Positions 46,319-56,246 of a stretch of DNA of 64,000 bases are shown here, one piece after another. Numbering within the stretch: position 1 is the stretch's first letter; each line of letters starts with the position of its first letter. A program made the position numbers and the translations under genes. The notes under the pieces were generated by a model that was given only the letters and a program-made list of their open reading frames with translations, was not told where the DNA came from and did no database searches. Source of the DNA: Dehalococcoidia bacterium (lineage in GTDB: Bacteria; Chloroflexota; Dehalococcoidia; UBA2979); contig CBDDEC010000004.1 of assembly GCA_965226785.1 (NCBI GenBank), positions 1,324,521-1,388,520 of the forward strand. Reading direction: 5' to 3'.

Positions 46319-47437
46319 GTGGGGCGGCAAAACCTCATGCGGCCCACCGATACTCATGATGCAAGCCTCCTAGCACCGGCTTGCTGACGACTCGCTGACT
46401 CGGCGTCCGCTGCACCGGCGAGCGTCCCTCCGGAGAGTCGAGCGACAATGATCGATGCGGACGCATCGCGTTGTAGTGCTGGACGTACTCACCAAGCACC
46501 CGCCGGAGATGTTGTTCGTTGACCGCGATGACATGGTCGAGATCACTCGCGCCTGAGCGTGCCGATGACGCGCTCGGCGATGGCGTTGGCATTCGGCGCG
46601 TGCAGCGGAGTCAGAATCGTCTCGATCCCGAGCCGTCGAGCGCGTGCGATGAAGTCTCCGCCATAGCTACGGTCGCGGTCTCGGATGAGGAACCCTGGCT
46701 GCTGACCCCAGGCGGTCGCCTCGATCAGCTGCTGCCAGATCCAGGGCGCGATCGGGTGCTCCGTGACGTTCCAGTGCCGGATGCGGCGCCGGTCGTGGTC
46801 GATCACGATGAGCACGTAGAGCGTGCGGAAGGCGAGCGTCTGGACCGTGAACAGATCGGCGGCCCAGATGCTGGACGCGTGGTTGCGGAGAAACGTGCGC
46901 CACGACTGGCTCGGCGGTCGCCGCAGCGCTTGCCGGCGGTAGCGACTGACGGTGCGGGCGCTCACCTCGAAGCCAAGGGCACGCAGCTCGCCGACGATGC
47001 GGACGGCGCCCCACCGCGGATGCTCAGTGGCGATGCGGACGATCAGCTGTCGCAGCTCTGCGGGAATCCGGGGTCGTCCGGAGCGGCGACGACTCTTCCA
47101 GCGCCAGTAGGCGCGCCAAGCAGAACGATGCCAGCGCACCACCGTGTCCGGCTCGACCATCACGAGCGTGCCTCGCCAGCCGGACCAACCACGTGCCAGC
47201 AGTGACCAGAGTCGGCGGTCGTGGCGACGGAGCCGCGGTCGACGACGGCCCCTTGTGTAGACGGCGAGCTGATGCCGCAGCGCCAAGTTCTCGAGGACGA
47301 GATCTCGGCGGGCGCGGACCGATGCGAAGAGTGCTGCGACAAGCAGACGGAGGTAGAGCACAGACGAGCCTCTCGTGGCTCGCCGATACTCTGCTATCTC
47401 AGCATCGAACCGCACGGATCAAGTTTTGCCGTCCCAC
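46319..47437 (-). mobile_element. IS-B (IS481-like) copy with frameshifted transposase and variant right terminus
   Basis: Pieces 46543-47415 (290 aa) and 46335-46592. The right end reads ...ctcagcatcgaaccgcacggatcaagttttgccgtcccac instead of ...ctcaggacagacctgcacctatcaggttttgccgtcccac. Confidence 0.8.
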
Positions 47438-47955
47438 GGGCCGGAACTCTCAAGACTGGCCCTGTCGGGTCGACAGCGCCGTTTCTCACAGCCGCACGAA
47501 CATCGGCATGACGACCCGCTCGTGCGAAAGCGGATGCGCCTCGTTCTATGTGGCGCTGTCGTTCTGAGGGTAGACAGGCTCCCTGACGACGAAGGGACTC
47601 GGGGACGGTCCCTGAACCGATAACCCGGCGAGGGTCAGATAGTTCGAGTTTCGGTTATGGCCGGACCGTACTGCGAACTCACAGGGAGTTGGTGAGCCCG
47701 ACCGGAACCGTAGACAATGCGGGGCCAACAAGGGTCGCCCCGGGGGCAGTCGCCGGGGAGGCGATAGTCTGTCGCCGCCACTCCAGGGGACGCTGTTCTG
47801 GCGTGTCTCGAAAGTCCGGCAGAAGGAAGCGGCTCAGCCTGTACGACCGTGGCAAAACCGCTTGTCCGATCTGCCTGACGGGTTTCACCCATGACCGGGC
47901 GCGGCTACGCGTTCGGACTGCTCTGTAGCTGACGCCCGACCGCGAGGGAGCCGAT

Positions 47956-48902
47956 ATGTCGATGCGAGACTGGTCCCGGCGTGCTGTTCGAAGCGCGACG
48001 GCCGTGGGGGTGCTGCTCTTCGCAGCCGCGTCGTTGGCGTCCTGCGACGTAGCCGACACCGATCGGGTGGCCGGGGTAGACCTTGAGGCGGCCACCATCC
48101 TGACCGAGCACACCGACACCGGTACGGCCACGCTCAAGGACGGCGAGTTCCGGGCGCCGGTCGCGCCCGGCTCGGCCAGCGAACTCGTGATCCGCCTCAG
48201 CCAGTGGACCCTCGGCGACCTCGACGGCGACGGCCTCGCGGACGCCGCCGCCATCACGATCGAGTACCCGGGCGGCAGCGGGAACTTTCGCTACCTGCAC
48301 GCGCTGCTGAACGAGGAGGGCGAACTCCACGACGCCGACACCGTCTTCCTCGGCGACCGGATACGCGTCGCGGGCCTCTCGATCCACGAAAGAATCATCA
48401 CGGTGGCGGTCATCGAGAGGCCGCCCGACGCGCCGTTCTCCGAGGTACCTTCCATCCTGGTCATTCGCCGGTTCCGCCTCGCGGGCGAGGCACTGGAGGA
48501 GATCGCGGGCATCAGCGGCGCTGACGCGTTCGCGTGTAACGACAGCCTCCCCGACGCCGCGCTCGTGATCGTGAACTCGCCCGCGGGCGGCGGGGAGGTC
48601 GCGAACGGGTTCACGGTCCGCGGCTGCTCGCGCACGTTCGAGTCGAACGTGCAGTGGCGGCTGCTCGACCGCGAAGGCGAGGAGCTGGCGAGCGGCTTCG
48701 CGATGGGCGGTGGAGTGGATGGCCCCGCGCCCTTCGTCTTCGATGTCGAGTACGAAGCGGCCGAGCGCCAGATCGCGCACCTTGAGGTGTTCGAGGAAGA
48801 CGCGTCCGGGGGTGAGGGCTTCCCGCCGCCTCGCGCCGTCGTGCCGCTGGTGATCGCCATCAAGGTCCGGCCCGCCCCGGACGCCGAGGCGCGGCTGCGC
48901 CC
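47956..48902 (+). CDS. Lipoprotein with C-terminal Gmad2-type Ig-like domain; 3' end interrupted by IS-B
   Basis: Signal peptide with LASC lipobox. GFTVRGCSRTFESNVQWRLLDREGEELASGFAMGGG...FVFDVEY. The ORF reads into the IS-B IR at 48903. Confidence 0.5.
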
Positions 48903-50014
48903 GTGGGACGGCAAAACCTCATGCGGCCCACCGATACTCATGATGCAAGCCTCCTAGCACCGGCTTGCTGACGACTCGCTGACTCGGCATCCGCTGCACC
49001 GGCTTGCGTCCCTCCGGAGAGTCGAGCGCCAATGACCGATGCGGCCGCATCGCGTTGTAGTGCTGGACGTACTGACCAAGCACCCGCCGGAGATGTTGTT
49101 CGTTGACCGCGATGACATGGTCGAGACACTCGCGCCTGAGCGTGCCGATCACGCGCTCGGCGATGGCGTTGGCATTCGGCGCGTGCACCGGAGTCAGAAT
49201 CGTCTCGATCCCGATCCGTCGAGCGCGTGCGATGAAGTCCCCGCCATAGCTACGGTCTCGGATGAGGAACCCTGGCTGCTGACCCCAGGCGGTCGCCTCG
49301 ATCATCTGCCTCCAGATCCAGGGCGCGATCGGGTGCTCCGTGACGTTCCAGTGCCGGATGCGGCGCCGGCCGTGGTCGATCACGACGAACACGTAGAGCG
49401 TGCGGAAGGTGAGGGTCTGCACCGTGAACAGGTCAGCAGCCCAGATGCTGGACGCGTGGTTGCGCAGAAACGTGCGCCACGACTGACTCGGCGGTCGCCG
49501 GAGCGCCTGCTGACGGTAGCGGCTCACGGTGCGAGCGCTCACCTCGAAGCCAAGAGCACGCAGCTCACCAACGATGCGGACGGCGCCCCACCGTGGATGC
49601 TCAGTGGCGATGCGCAGGATCAGCCGCTGCCACTCGGCGGGAATGTGGGGACGCCCAGGTCCGCGACGACTCTTCCAGCGCCAGTAGGCGCGCCAGGCAG
49701 AACGATGCCACCGCACAACCGTGTCCGGCTCGACCATCACGAGCGTGCCTCGCCAGCCGGACCAACCGCGTGCCAGTAGTGACCAGAATCGGCGGTCGTG
49801 GCAACGGAGCCGCGGTCGACGACGGCCCCGAGTGTAGACGGCGAGCTGATGCCGCAGCGCTAAGTTCTCGAGGACGAGATCTCGGCGGGCGCGGACCGAA
49901 GTGAAGAGTGCTGCGACAAGCAGACGGAGGTAGAGCACAGACGAGCCTCTCGTGGCTCGCCGATACTCTGCTATCTCAGGACAGAGCTGCACCTATCAGG
50001 TTTTGCCGTCCCAC
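48903..50014 (-). mobile_element. IS-B (IS481-like) insertion sequence, intact copy
   Basis: IRs gtgggacggcaaaacc / ggttttgccgtcccac. 357-aa transposase at 48919-49992. Confidence 0.85.
48919..49992 (-). CDS. DDE transposase (rve integrase core; IS481-like, VVRWHR...GRP motif family)
   Basis: HTH N-terminus, DDE core (WAADLFTV...VIDHGRRRIRHWNVTEHP...LIRDRSYGGDF...AIAERVIGTLRRE). 357 aa. Confidence 0.85.
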   Translation of the reverse strand: MQLCPEIAEYRRATRGSSVLYLRLLVAALFTSVRARRDLVLENLALRHQLAVYTRGRRRPRLRCHDRRFWSLLARGWSGWRGTLVMVEPDTVVRWHRSAWRAYWRWKSRRGPGRPHIPAEWQRLILRIATEHPRWGAVRIVGELRALGFEVSARTVSRYRQQALRRPPSQSWRTFLRNHASSIWAADLFTVQTLTFRTLYVFVVIDHGRRRIRHWNVTEHPIAPWIWRQMIEATAWGQQPGFLIRDRSYGGDFIARARRIGIETILTPVHAPNANAIAERVIGTLRRECLDHVIAVNEQHLRRVLGQYVQHYNAMRPHRSLALDSPEGRKPVQRMPSQRVVSKPVLGGLHHEYRWAA

Positions 50015-50325
50015 GGGCACCTGAACACACCGGCCGTGGAGGCGGTACGGCGCTTGCTCGATGCCGGCTACACGCTGGTGGGACAAAACGATGACGGAAC
50101 GCGGCACTTGGAGAGAGAGTTTGGGAACAAGATAGCGTCACGTCTGTTGGGAGAGTACTTCATACCGAAGAGCATGCCGGGGGGTATCGCGCCTTCATCA
50201 AGCAAGGGAGGTTCCTCGCCACGGCACCAGCGGCGATCCAATCTAGCCAACTGGCCGCCGCCCGCGATAACCTGATACGGAGAGACGGCGCGAGCCGTCG
50301 GCATGGAACCGCGGGAGGCCTCGCC

Positions 50326-51459
50326 ATGAACGAGGTACCGGCCAGTACACAAGCGCGTCTGGACGAGATGGCGTCGAAATTTGATGTGCTGGCGGAGCGC
50401 CTTCTCGGCTACCCCACCAACCAGAACTTCGACTACTCGGCACTGCTACCGTTCCTGAACTACTCCGTGAACAACGTGGGCGATCCGTTCCACGGCAGTA
50501 GCTTCGGCACCAACACCCACGATATCGAACGCGATGTGATCCTGCGCTTCGCAAGTCTGCTGCGCCTTCCGCACGATGAGGCGTGGGGGTACGTCACCAA
50601 CGGCGGCACCGAGGGAAACATGTACGGCCTGTACCTCGGTCGCGAGCTGTTCCCGGACGGGATCGTCTACTTCTCCGAGGACACCCACTACAGCGTGCTG
50701 AAAATCACACGCGTGCTGAAGGCACGCAACATCATGATCAAGAGCCAGCCCAACGGTGAGGTCGACTACGACGACCTCTACGAGACGATCCGCATCAACC
50801 GCGATGTGCCCGTCATCTTCATGGCCAACATCGGCACGACGATGAAGGGCGCGGTCGACGACGTCGCCCGCGTGCGCCGCATCTTCGACGACCTCGCGAT
50901 CACACAGCACTATATCCACGGCGACGCCGCACTCAGCGGGATGATCCTGCCGTTCACAGACGACCCGCAGCCGCACACTTTCGCCGACGGCTTCGACAGC
51001 ATGTCGATCAGCGGCCACAAGCTGATCGGCGCGCCGCTGCCCTGCGGGGTCGCGCTGGCCCGTAAGAACCACGTAACGCGGATCGCCAGGTCGATCGAGT
51101 TCCTCGGTGTGATGGACACCACGCTGTCGGGCTCGCGCAACGGGTTCGCCCCGCTGATGCTGTGGCTCGCCTTCGAGCGCTACGGCGAGGAGGGGTTCCG
51201 TGATCTCGTCGCCGGGATGCTCTCCGTCGCCGCGTACGCGGTCGAGCGTTTCAACAGCCTCGGCATGCCCGCATGGCGCAACAAGAACTCGGTGACGGTC
51301 GTGATCCCGCGACCGCCACCGGAGGTCGTGGATAAGTGGCAACTGATTCCCCTCGATGACATCGCGCACGTGATCACGATGCCGCATGTCACCCGCGAGG
51401 CGATCGACCAACTTGCCGCGGACTGCCTGCGGGCCCAGTCCGTGACGCAGTCCGCCTGA
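50326..51459 (+). CDS. hdc: Histidine decarboxylase, PLP-dependent (group II decarboxylase)
   Basis: Near-collinear match to bacterial HdcA: NNVGDPF, WGYVTNGGTEGNMYGLYLGRELFPDGIVYFSEDTHYSVLKI, the PLP lysine in SGHKLIGAPLPCGV, TLSGSRNGFAPLMLW and AWRNKNSVTVV. RBS GGGAGG. Confidence 0.9.
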   Translation: MNEVPASTQARLDEMASKFDVLAERLLGYPTNQNFDYSALLPFLNYSVNNVGDPFHGSSFGTNTHDIERDVILRFASLLRLPHDEAWGYVTNGGTEGNMYGLYLGRELFPDGIVYFSEDTHYSVLKITRVLKARNIMIKSQPNGEVDYDDLYETIRINRDVPVIFMANIGTTMKGAVDDVARVRRIFDDLAITQHYIHGDAALSGMILPFTDDPQPHTFADGFDSMSISGHKLIGAPLPCGVALARKNHVTRIARSIEFLGVMDTTLSGSRNGFAPLMLWLAFERYGEEGFRDLVAGMLSVAAYAVERFNSLGMPAWRNKNSVTVVIPRPPPEVVDKWQLIPLDDIAHVITMPHVTREAIDQLAADCLRAQSVTQSA

Positions 51460-51498
51460 CTCGCCCGTCGCGGGCACCGCCCCTGGGGAAGGGACGCC

Positions 51499-51891
51499 AT
51501 GCAGCGAATCATCATCGGCACGAAGAACGAGGTCGGCGTGATTGCCGGAATTACCGAGGCGCTGGCCGCGCGAGGCATTAACCTGCGGACGCTCGATACA
51601 GAAGGCGTCGACGATCACGGCACGATCATCATCACCACCGACGACGATGACGGCGCACTGGTCGCGCTGGCACACGCGGGCTACCGGGCCGTCGCGGACG
51701 ATGCGCTGATCGTGCGGCTGCCCGACGAACCGGGAGCGCTCGCGCGGCTCTCAGCACGGTTCCGTGACGCCGGCGTGAATATCCAGAGCATGCACATCCT
51801 CAACCGTCACGGCGGTCACGCGACGATCGCGCTGAGCGCCGACGATCCCACAGTCGCCGCCTCGCTTGTGGACGACGAGTCGCTCATCTGA
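51499..51891 (+). CDS. Tandem ACT-domain protein (130 aa)
   Basis: Two beta-alpha-beta-beta-alpha-beta units (IIIGTKNEVGVIAGITEALAARGINL... and LIVRLPDEPGALARLSARFRDAGVNI...). Begins 40 bp after hdc. Confidence 0.6.
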   Translation: MQRIIIGTKNEVGVIAGITEALAARGINLRTLDTEGVDDHGTIIITTDDDDGALVALAHAGYRAVADDALIVRLPDEPGALARLSARFRDAGVNIQSMHILNRHGGHATIALSADDPTVAASLVDDESLI

Positions 51892-51990
51892 GGCTTGCTC
51901 GCCGGGTCACGACCGCGCCGCCTTGAGAGAACCCCCGGAAAGCGGCATAGTCGCGCCGCCCGGGCGTCTGCGCCTAGTGGGGGAGCGGCC

Positions 51991-53512
51991 GTGGGACGGC
52001 AAAACTTGATCCGTGCAGGTCTGTCCTGAGATAGCAGAGTATCGCCGGATTCGCGGCCAGCCTGTGGGGCACGAAAACCTCATCCGCCGTATCCGCGAGG
52101 CGCGCCGCTGACTCCGAAACGCTGAAATCATGGGCTGGATGGAATATTGCCGCCCCACGGGGGTGCAGGTCGGTCGCTTGATCCGTGCGGGCTTGCGTTC
52201 GGTGATCTCGACCAGGCTAAACCTCCTCGAGCAAGAACCGATGACGCGCTCGGCGATGGCGTTGTCTCGCATTCGCTCGCGTGCACCGGCACCGGTCGAA
52301 TCGATCAGTTCTCCGTCGCCGTCGATCGCTCGGTAGAGGTAGCACCAGCGCCCAGCGACCTTCACGTATCGTCTCGATCCCGAGCCGTCGAGCGCGTGCG
52401 ATGAAGTCTCCGCCATAGCTACGGTCGCGGTCTCGGATCTGATGGAGGAACCTTGGCTGCTGGAGGCTGTCGCCGGCGATCTGCCCTCTCGGGCGGGGGA
52501 CCAGATCCAGGGCGCGAATCGAAACTGCTCCGTGACGTTCCAGTGCCGGATGCGGCGCCTCGTGCGTCGACCTCACGACGAACACGTAGAGCGTGCGGAA
52601 GAGCTGAGCGGTCTGGACCGTGAACAGTCGGCGGCCCAGATGCTGGACGCGTGGTTGCGGCAGAAACGTGCGCCACGACTGGCTCGGCGAGGCGCCGCAG
52701 CGCTTGCCGGTCGGTAGCGACTGAAGATGGTTGCGGGCGCTGCACCTCGAAGCCAAGGGCACGCAGCTCACCGACGATGCGGACGGCGTTGAACCACCGC
52801 GGATGCTCGAGTGGCGATGCGCGATCAGCCGCTGTCGCAGCTCTGCGGGAATCCGTGGGTCGTCGCGATGCACAGCGTCCGCGGACGACTCTTCCACCGA
52901 TGCCAGTAGGCTCGTCCATGCTCAGACGAGGCTAAACCTCACAGTTCGAGCCCTCAGATCTGACGCAGACGACGATCTTCATCTCTTCGGTGATTTCCAG
53001 CGCGCGAGCATCGAGGGCGCCTCGGAACAGGCCAGGGAAACAGAGCATGTTGTTGATCTGGTTCGGGAAGTCCGAACGACCGGTCGCGCCAAGCAGAACG
53101 ATGCCAGCCGCACCACCGTAATGTCCGGCTCGACCATCACGAGCGTGCCTCGCCAGCCGGACCAACCACGTGCCAGCAGTGACCAGAGATCGGCGGTCGT
53201 GGCGACGGAGCCGCGGTCGACGACGGCCCCTTGTGTAGACGGCGAGCTGATGCTCGCAGCGCCAAGTTCCGATCACGAGGATCGGCGGAGATCTGCGCCA
53301 CGACTGGCTCGGGGGGCGCCGCAGCGCTTGCCGGCGGTAGCGACTCACGGCGGGCGCAGGATCGGACGGGGTCGATGCAGTAGTGAGCCGCGGTCGACGA
53401 CAGAGTGCTGCGACAAGCAGACGGAGGTAGAGCACAGACGAGCCTCTCGTGGCTCGCCGATACTCTGCTATCTCAGCATCGAACCGCACGGATCAAGTTT
53501 TGCCGTCCCACG
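51991..53512. repeat. Mosaic 'junkyard' of short IS-B and IS6 fragments
   Basis: Bounded by an inverted IS-B terminus (51991) and the variant IS-B terminus (53512). The interior alternates 20-100-bp stretches of IS-B transposase sequence and IS6 sequence (for example 52925-52975 is the IS6 right end; 52140-52200 and 52285-52370 are IS6 internal), with additional IR-like pieces (gtggggcacgaaaacc). Confidence 0.75.
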
Positions 53513-53564
53513 GGTCGCCTCTGCGTGGACAACCGGACATGAGTAGCCGACTGAGCGGGCCTGT

Positions 53565-53819
53565 TTACAACAACGGTCGTCCATGTTCGGCGATCTCGGC
53601 ATCGCGTTCGATCCTTCGCCGCGCCTCTCCCGAGCAACCAATGAGGCCCAGCTCGTGCTCGTAGCGCTCGCGCTCGCTGCGCGCGTTGAGCACGTGCTGT
53701 CGCGAGTAGCGGCCACTCATGTCCTGCACAACGGCGTGGTTGCGCTTCCATTCCTCATACAGCGCTGAGCACCGCTCTGTGTGCTCATGTCGTTCTGCGA
53801 ACCGCGCCTGCTTTGCCAT
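53565..53819 (-). CDS. Hypothetical charged small protein (84 aa), downstream of the FIST gene
   Basis: Clean ORF 32 nt after the FIST gene on the same strand. No homology recognised. Confidence 0.3.
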   Translation of the reverse strand: MAKQARFAERHEHTERCSALYEEWKRNHAVVQDMSGRYSRQHVLNARSERERYEHELGLIGCSGEARRRIERDAEIAEHGRPLL

Positions 53820-53851
53820 TGCCCGTCCAGGAATCAGGTACAGCGCTCACG

Positions 53852-55075
53852 CTAGTGCAACCGTGCGGTCAATAATCCGATACTGGCCGTAAAACCGTGC
53901 AGGAACGTCTGCCCGCCCACTGGTCCCAGCTCACCGTTGCAAAACAGACCGGCCGTCGGCAGCGCGCCCAGCGTCTCGGTGAGCGCTTGGGCGTCGTGGT
54001 GCGGGACGCCAAAGAGCGACTGCCCCCGCCCGTTACAGGCACAAAGCAGCGCCCCGAGCACCGTCCGGTCCGGTGCTAATTCTGCTCGGAAGGCCGCCAG
54101 CTGGGTGCGCAGGTCGTCATCGGCCGCGGCGGCGTCGCGGAACTGGAACTGAATCGTCTGGCCGATCCGCGGCACGGCGCTGATCGCGATCGCCCCGCTC
54201 TCGCGCTCAAAACCAATGATGTTGCGGATGAGATAGTCGCCCCGACCATGCTCGTCGCGGTACTCGTCCATGGCCAGACCGACCAGCAGGTTGCGCTGGG
54301 CGCGCTCCCGAGTCTCGTCGTCAAGCTGGTCAAGGGTCTCGCGGAGCACATCCACAGCCGGGCGTCCGCCAATCGTCCTCACGAGATTGGATTCGCAGTC
54401 TGTCAGCGTCCACGACTGACCGATGGGCTCGGCGCCCTGGGCGACCAGCGCGTGAACCTCGATCTCGCCGGCGATTCCGAGCAGGACCGCACCGCGCGGG
54501 TAGACACCGTCTTCCAGAAAGACCGCGATCCCGTCTGTTCCGCTGCGCGACGACGCGATGCCCCCGAGCACAGGGGTCCCGGGCGCGCGATCGTCGACCG
54601 AACTGATCCAGTGCTCGACGTGCGTAGTCGGGTCGGCGAAGACGAACCACGCCTCGGCGCGAGCCGCCTCGACCGACTCGAACAGGTCACCCGGATCTAC
54701 ACCGTCGACCAGTGCGAGGGGGGTGAGCACCACGCCCGGCAGGTCGAGGGTCATCACGGAGATGGCAGGCTCCTGTTCGGCTTCGGTCGAGGGTCCGATC
54801 ACGCCCTGCCCACTGCATCCGATCAGATGACGGGCCCCCGTCGCTTCGCGAATCCTCCGGAGCACGTCTCCGTAGTGAGCGGCGAAGTGCGAATCCACGA
54901 AGACGACTGCGAGATCGGGCTCGCTAACGTTCAGGGCTTCGCAGACGGCATCCGTCACCTGCTCCCAGGTGCCACCGCTCTGTATCGATGCACAGGCGCT
55001 TGCTCGCGCCGCCGTCCGAGCCTCGGCGAGCGTAGCGGCGGTCGCGCCCGTGACTGTCCCACCGCGTGGCTTCAC
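53852..55075 (-). CDS. FIST-domain signal-transduction protein (FIST_N + FIST_C)
   Basis: C-terminal GLFCNGELGPVGGQTFLHGFTASIGLL is typical of FIST_C. Start uncertain (the ORF track extends to 55315). Confidence 0.6.
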   Translation of the reverse strand: MKPRGGTVTGATAATLAEARTAARASACASIQSGGTWEQVTDAVCEALNVSEPDLAVVFVDSHFAAHYGDVLRRIREATGARHLIGCSGQGVIGPSTEAEQEPAISVMTLDLPGVVLTPLALVDGVDPGDLFESVEAARAEAWFVFADPTTHVEHWISSVDDRAPGTPVLGGIASSRSGTDGIAVFLEDGVYPRGAVLLGIAGEIEVHALVAQGAEPIGQSWTLTDCESNLVRTIGGRPAVDVLRETLDQLDDETRERAQRNLLVGLAMDEYRDEHGRGDYLIRNIIGFERESGAIAISAVPRIGQTIQFQFRDAAAADDDLRTQLAAFRAELAPDRTVLGALLCACNGRGQSLFGVPHHDAQALTETLGALPTAGLFCNGELGPVGGQTFLHGFTASIGLLTARLH

Positions 55076-55335
55076 CTGACCCCTCGCGTTCGCCTCGTCT
55101 TTGCGGGCTCGATCGTTGGTTCGTAGTCCCGCTGAAACAGGTCTCCGTTGCAGCGGCGACGCACCTCCGCCACAACCCAGGTGTGGCGGGCCCCTGCGCG
55201 CGACGAGACCCATGCGCGCTTGTCTCTTAGACGATCTTACGTCGTCCCGGAACCCAGCGTTTGATGAAGGCGACAACACCCGAGATCCCCATCGGCGGAG
55301 GTACGCTGCAGCCACAGCGGAGCGGAGGTTTACTC

Positions 55336-55749
55336 ATGACGGCGATACGCGCACTCGCAGAGATCGTGTTCATGGTGGACGACATCGAGCGATCGCTTGC
55401 GTTCTACCGCGATACGCTCGGGCTCGAAGTCTTTTCACCACCGGAGCTAGCAGCGAAGTTCCTCCTCGTGGGTGAACGGGGCACCGGGGTTCCCCAGCAG
55501 ATCGTGCTGTCAGAGCGGCCGCCGGGACGATCGCGCGCGGCAACCCGAAAGTCGGAGGCTGACGTTCACCACATCGGGCTGGAGGTCACCCGGCAGGACT
55601 TCGATGGGTTGCGCGGCCGCCTCGAGGCGGATGGCTTTGAGGTTCGCAGCGGCCAACACCCCTTCATGGAAGTTGAGGCGTTTTATATCGACGATCCGGA
55701 CGGAAACGAGGTGGAGATCGTGACTGCTCGCGGTGGATCACCCGCCTGA
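55336..55749 (+). CDS. VOC-family (glyoxalase/bleomycin-resistance/dioxygenase fold) protein
   Basis: LAEIVFMVDDIERSLAFYRDTLGLEV...HHIGLEV...FYIDDPDGNEVEIV. GGAGG RBS 8 nt before the ATG at 55336. Confidence 0.7.
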   Translation: MTAIRALAEIVFMVDDIERSLAFYRDTLGLEVFSPPELAAKFLLVGERGTGVPQQIVLSERPPGRSRAATRKSEADVHHIGLEVTRQDFDGLRGRLEADGFEVRSGQHPFMEVEAFYIDDPDGNEVEIVTARGGSPA

Positions 55750-55974
55750 GAACACGTCACCGCCAGTCGAATCGAACACGGGCTACATCACGTTGATCCT
55801 GGATCGGCGCACGGTGCGCTGCCGCCGTTGAGTCGGAGCGGCATCCTTGAAATGAGGTGCGAGCTGCCCGCGCCCGCCTCGAGCTATGTGATTAGCGGTC
55901 GCTGTGACCCAGTGAGCGCCCCGGCGCGACCCGGTCGCGGACGAGCTGCTTGATCTCCTTGGGCTCGGGATGCC

Positions 55975-56246
55975 GGGAATGCAACGCTGCTGGCCTGCTG
56001 CGATGTCATCATCGCTACCGAGAGCTCCACGATCGGTGTGAGCGCGCCGGCTGTCGTGGAGGCGAGCGGGCTGGGCACCCACTCTCTTCAGGAGATCGGC
56101 TCGATGGCATTACAGGCGCGCAACGGCAACGTCGACATCGTCGTCGAGGATGACGCCGCCGCAGTCGCGACCGCGAGGAAGTACCTCGGATACTTTCAGG
56201 GCCCGATTGAGCCGGGAGAGGCTCCGGATCAGCGCCGGATGCGGCC
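55975..56246 (+). pseudogene. Acyl-CoA carboxylase carboxyltransferase (AccD/PccB-like) internal fragment, cut by IS-B
   Basis: VIIATESSTIGVSAPAVVEASGLGTHSLQEIGSMALQARNGNVDIVVEDDAAAVATARKYLGYF matches the conserved carboxyltransferase region. Reads into the IS-B IR. Confidence 0.5.

Noticed and set aside
50030-50270. Possible acyltransferase/GNAT C-terminal remnant (...EAVRRLLDAGYTLVGQNDDGTRHLEREFG)
   Set aside because: Too short and too weak for a feature call. Mentioned only as context for the hdc cassette.
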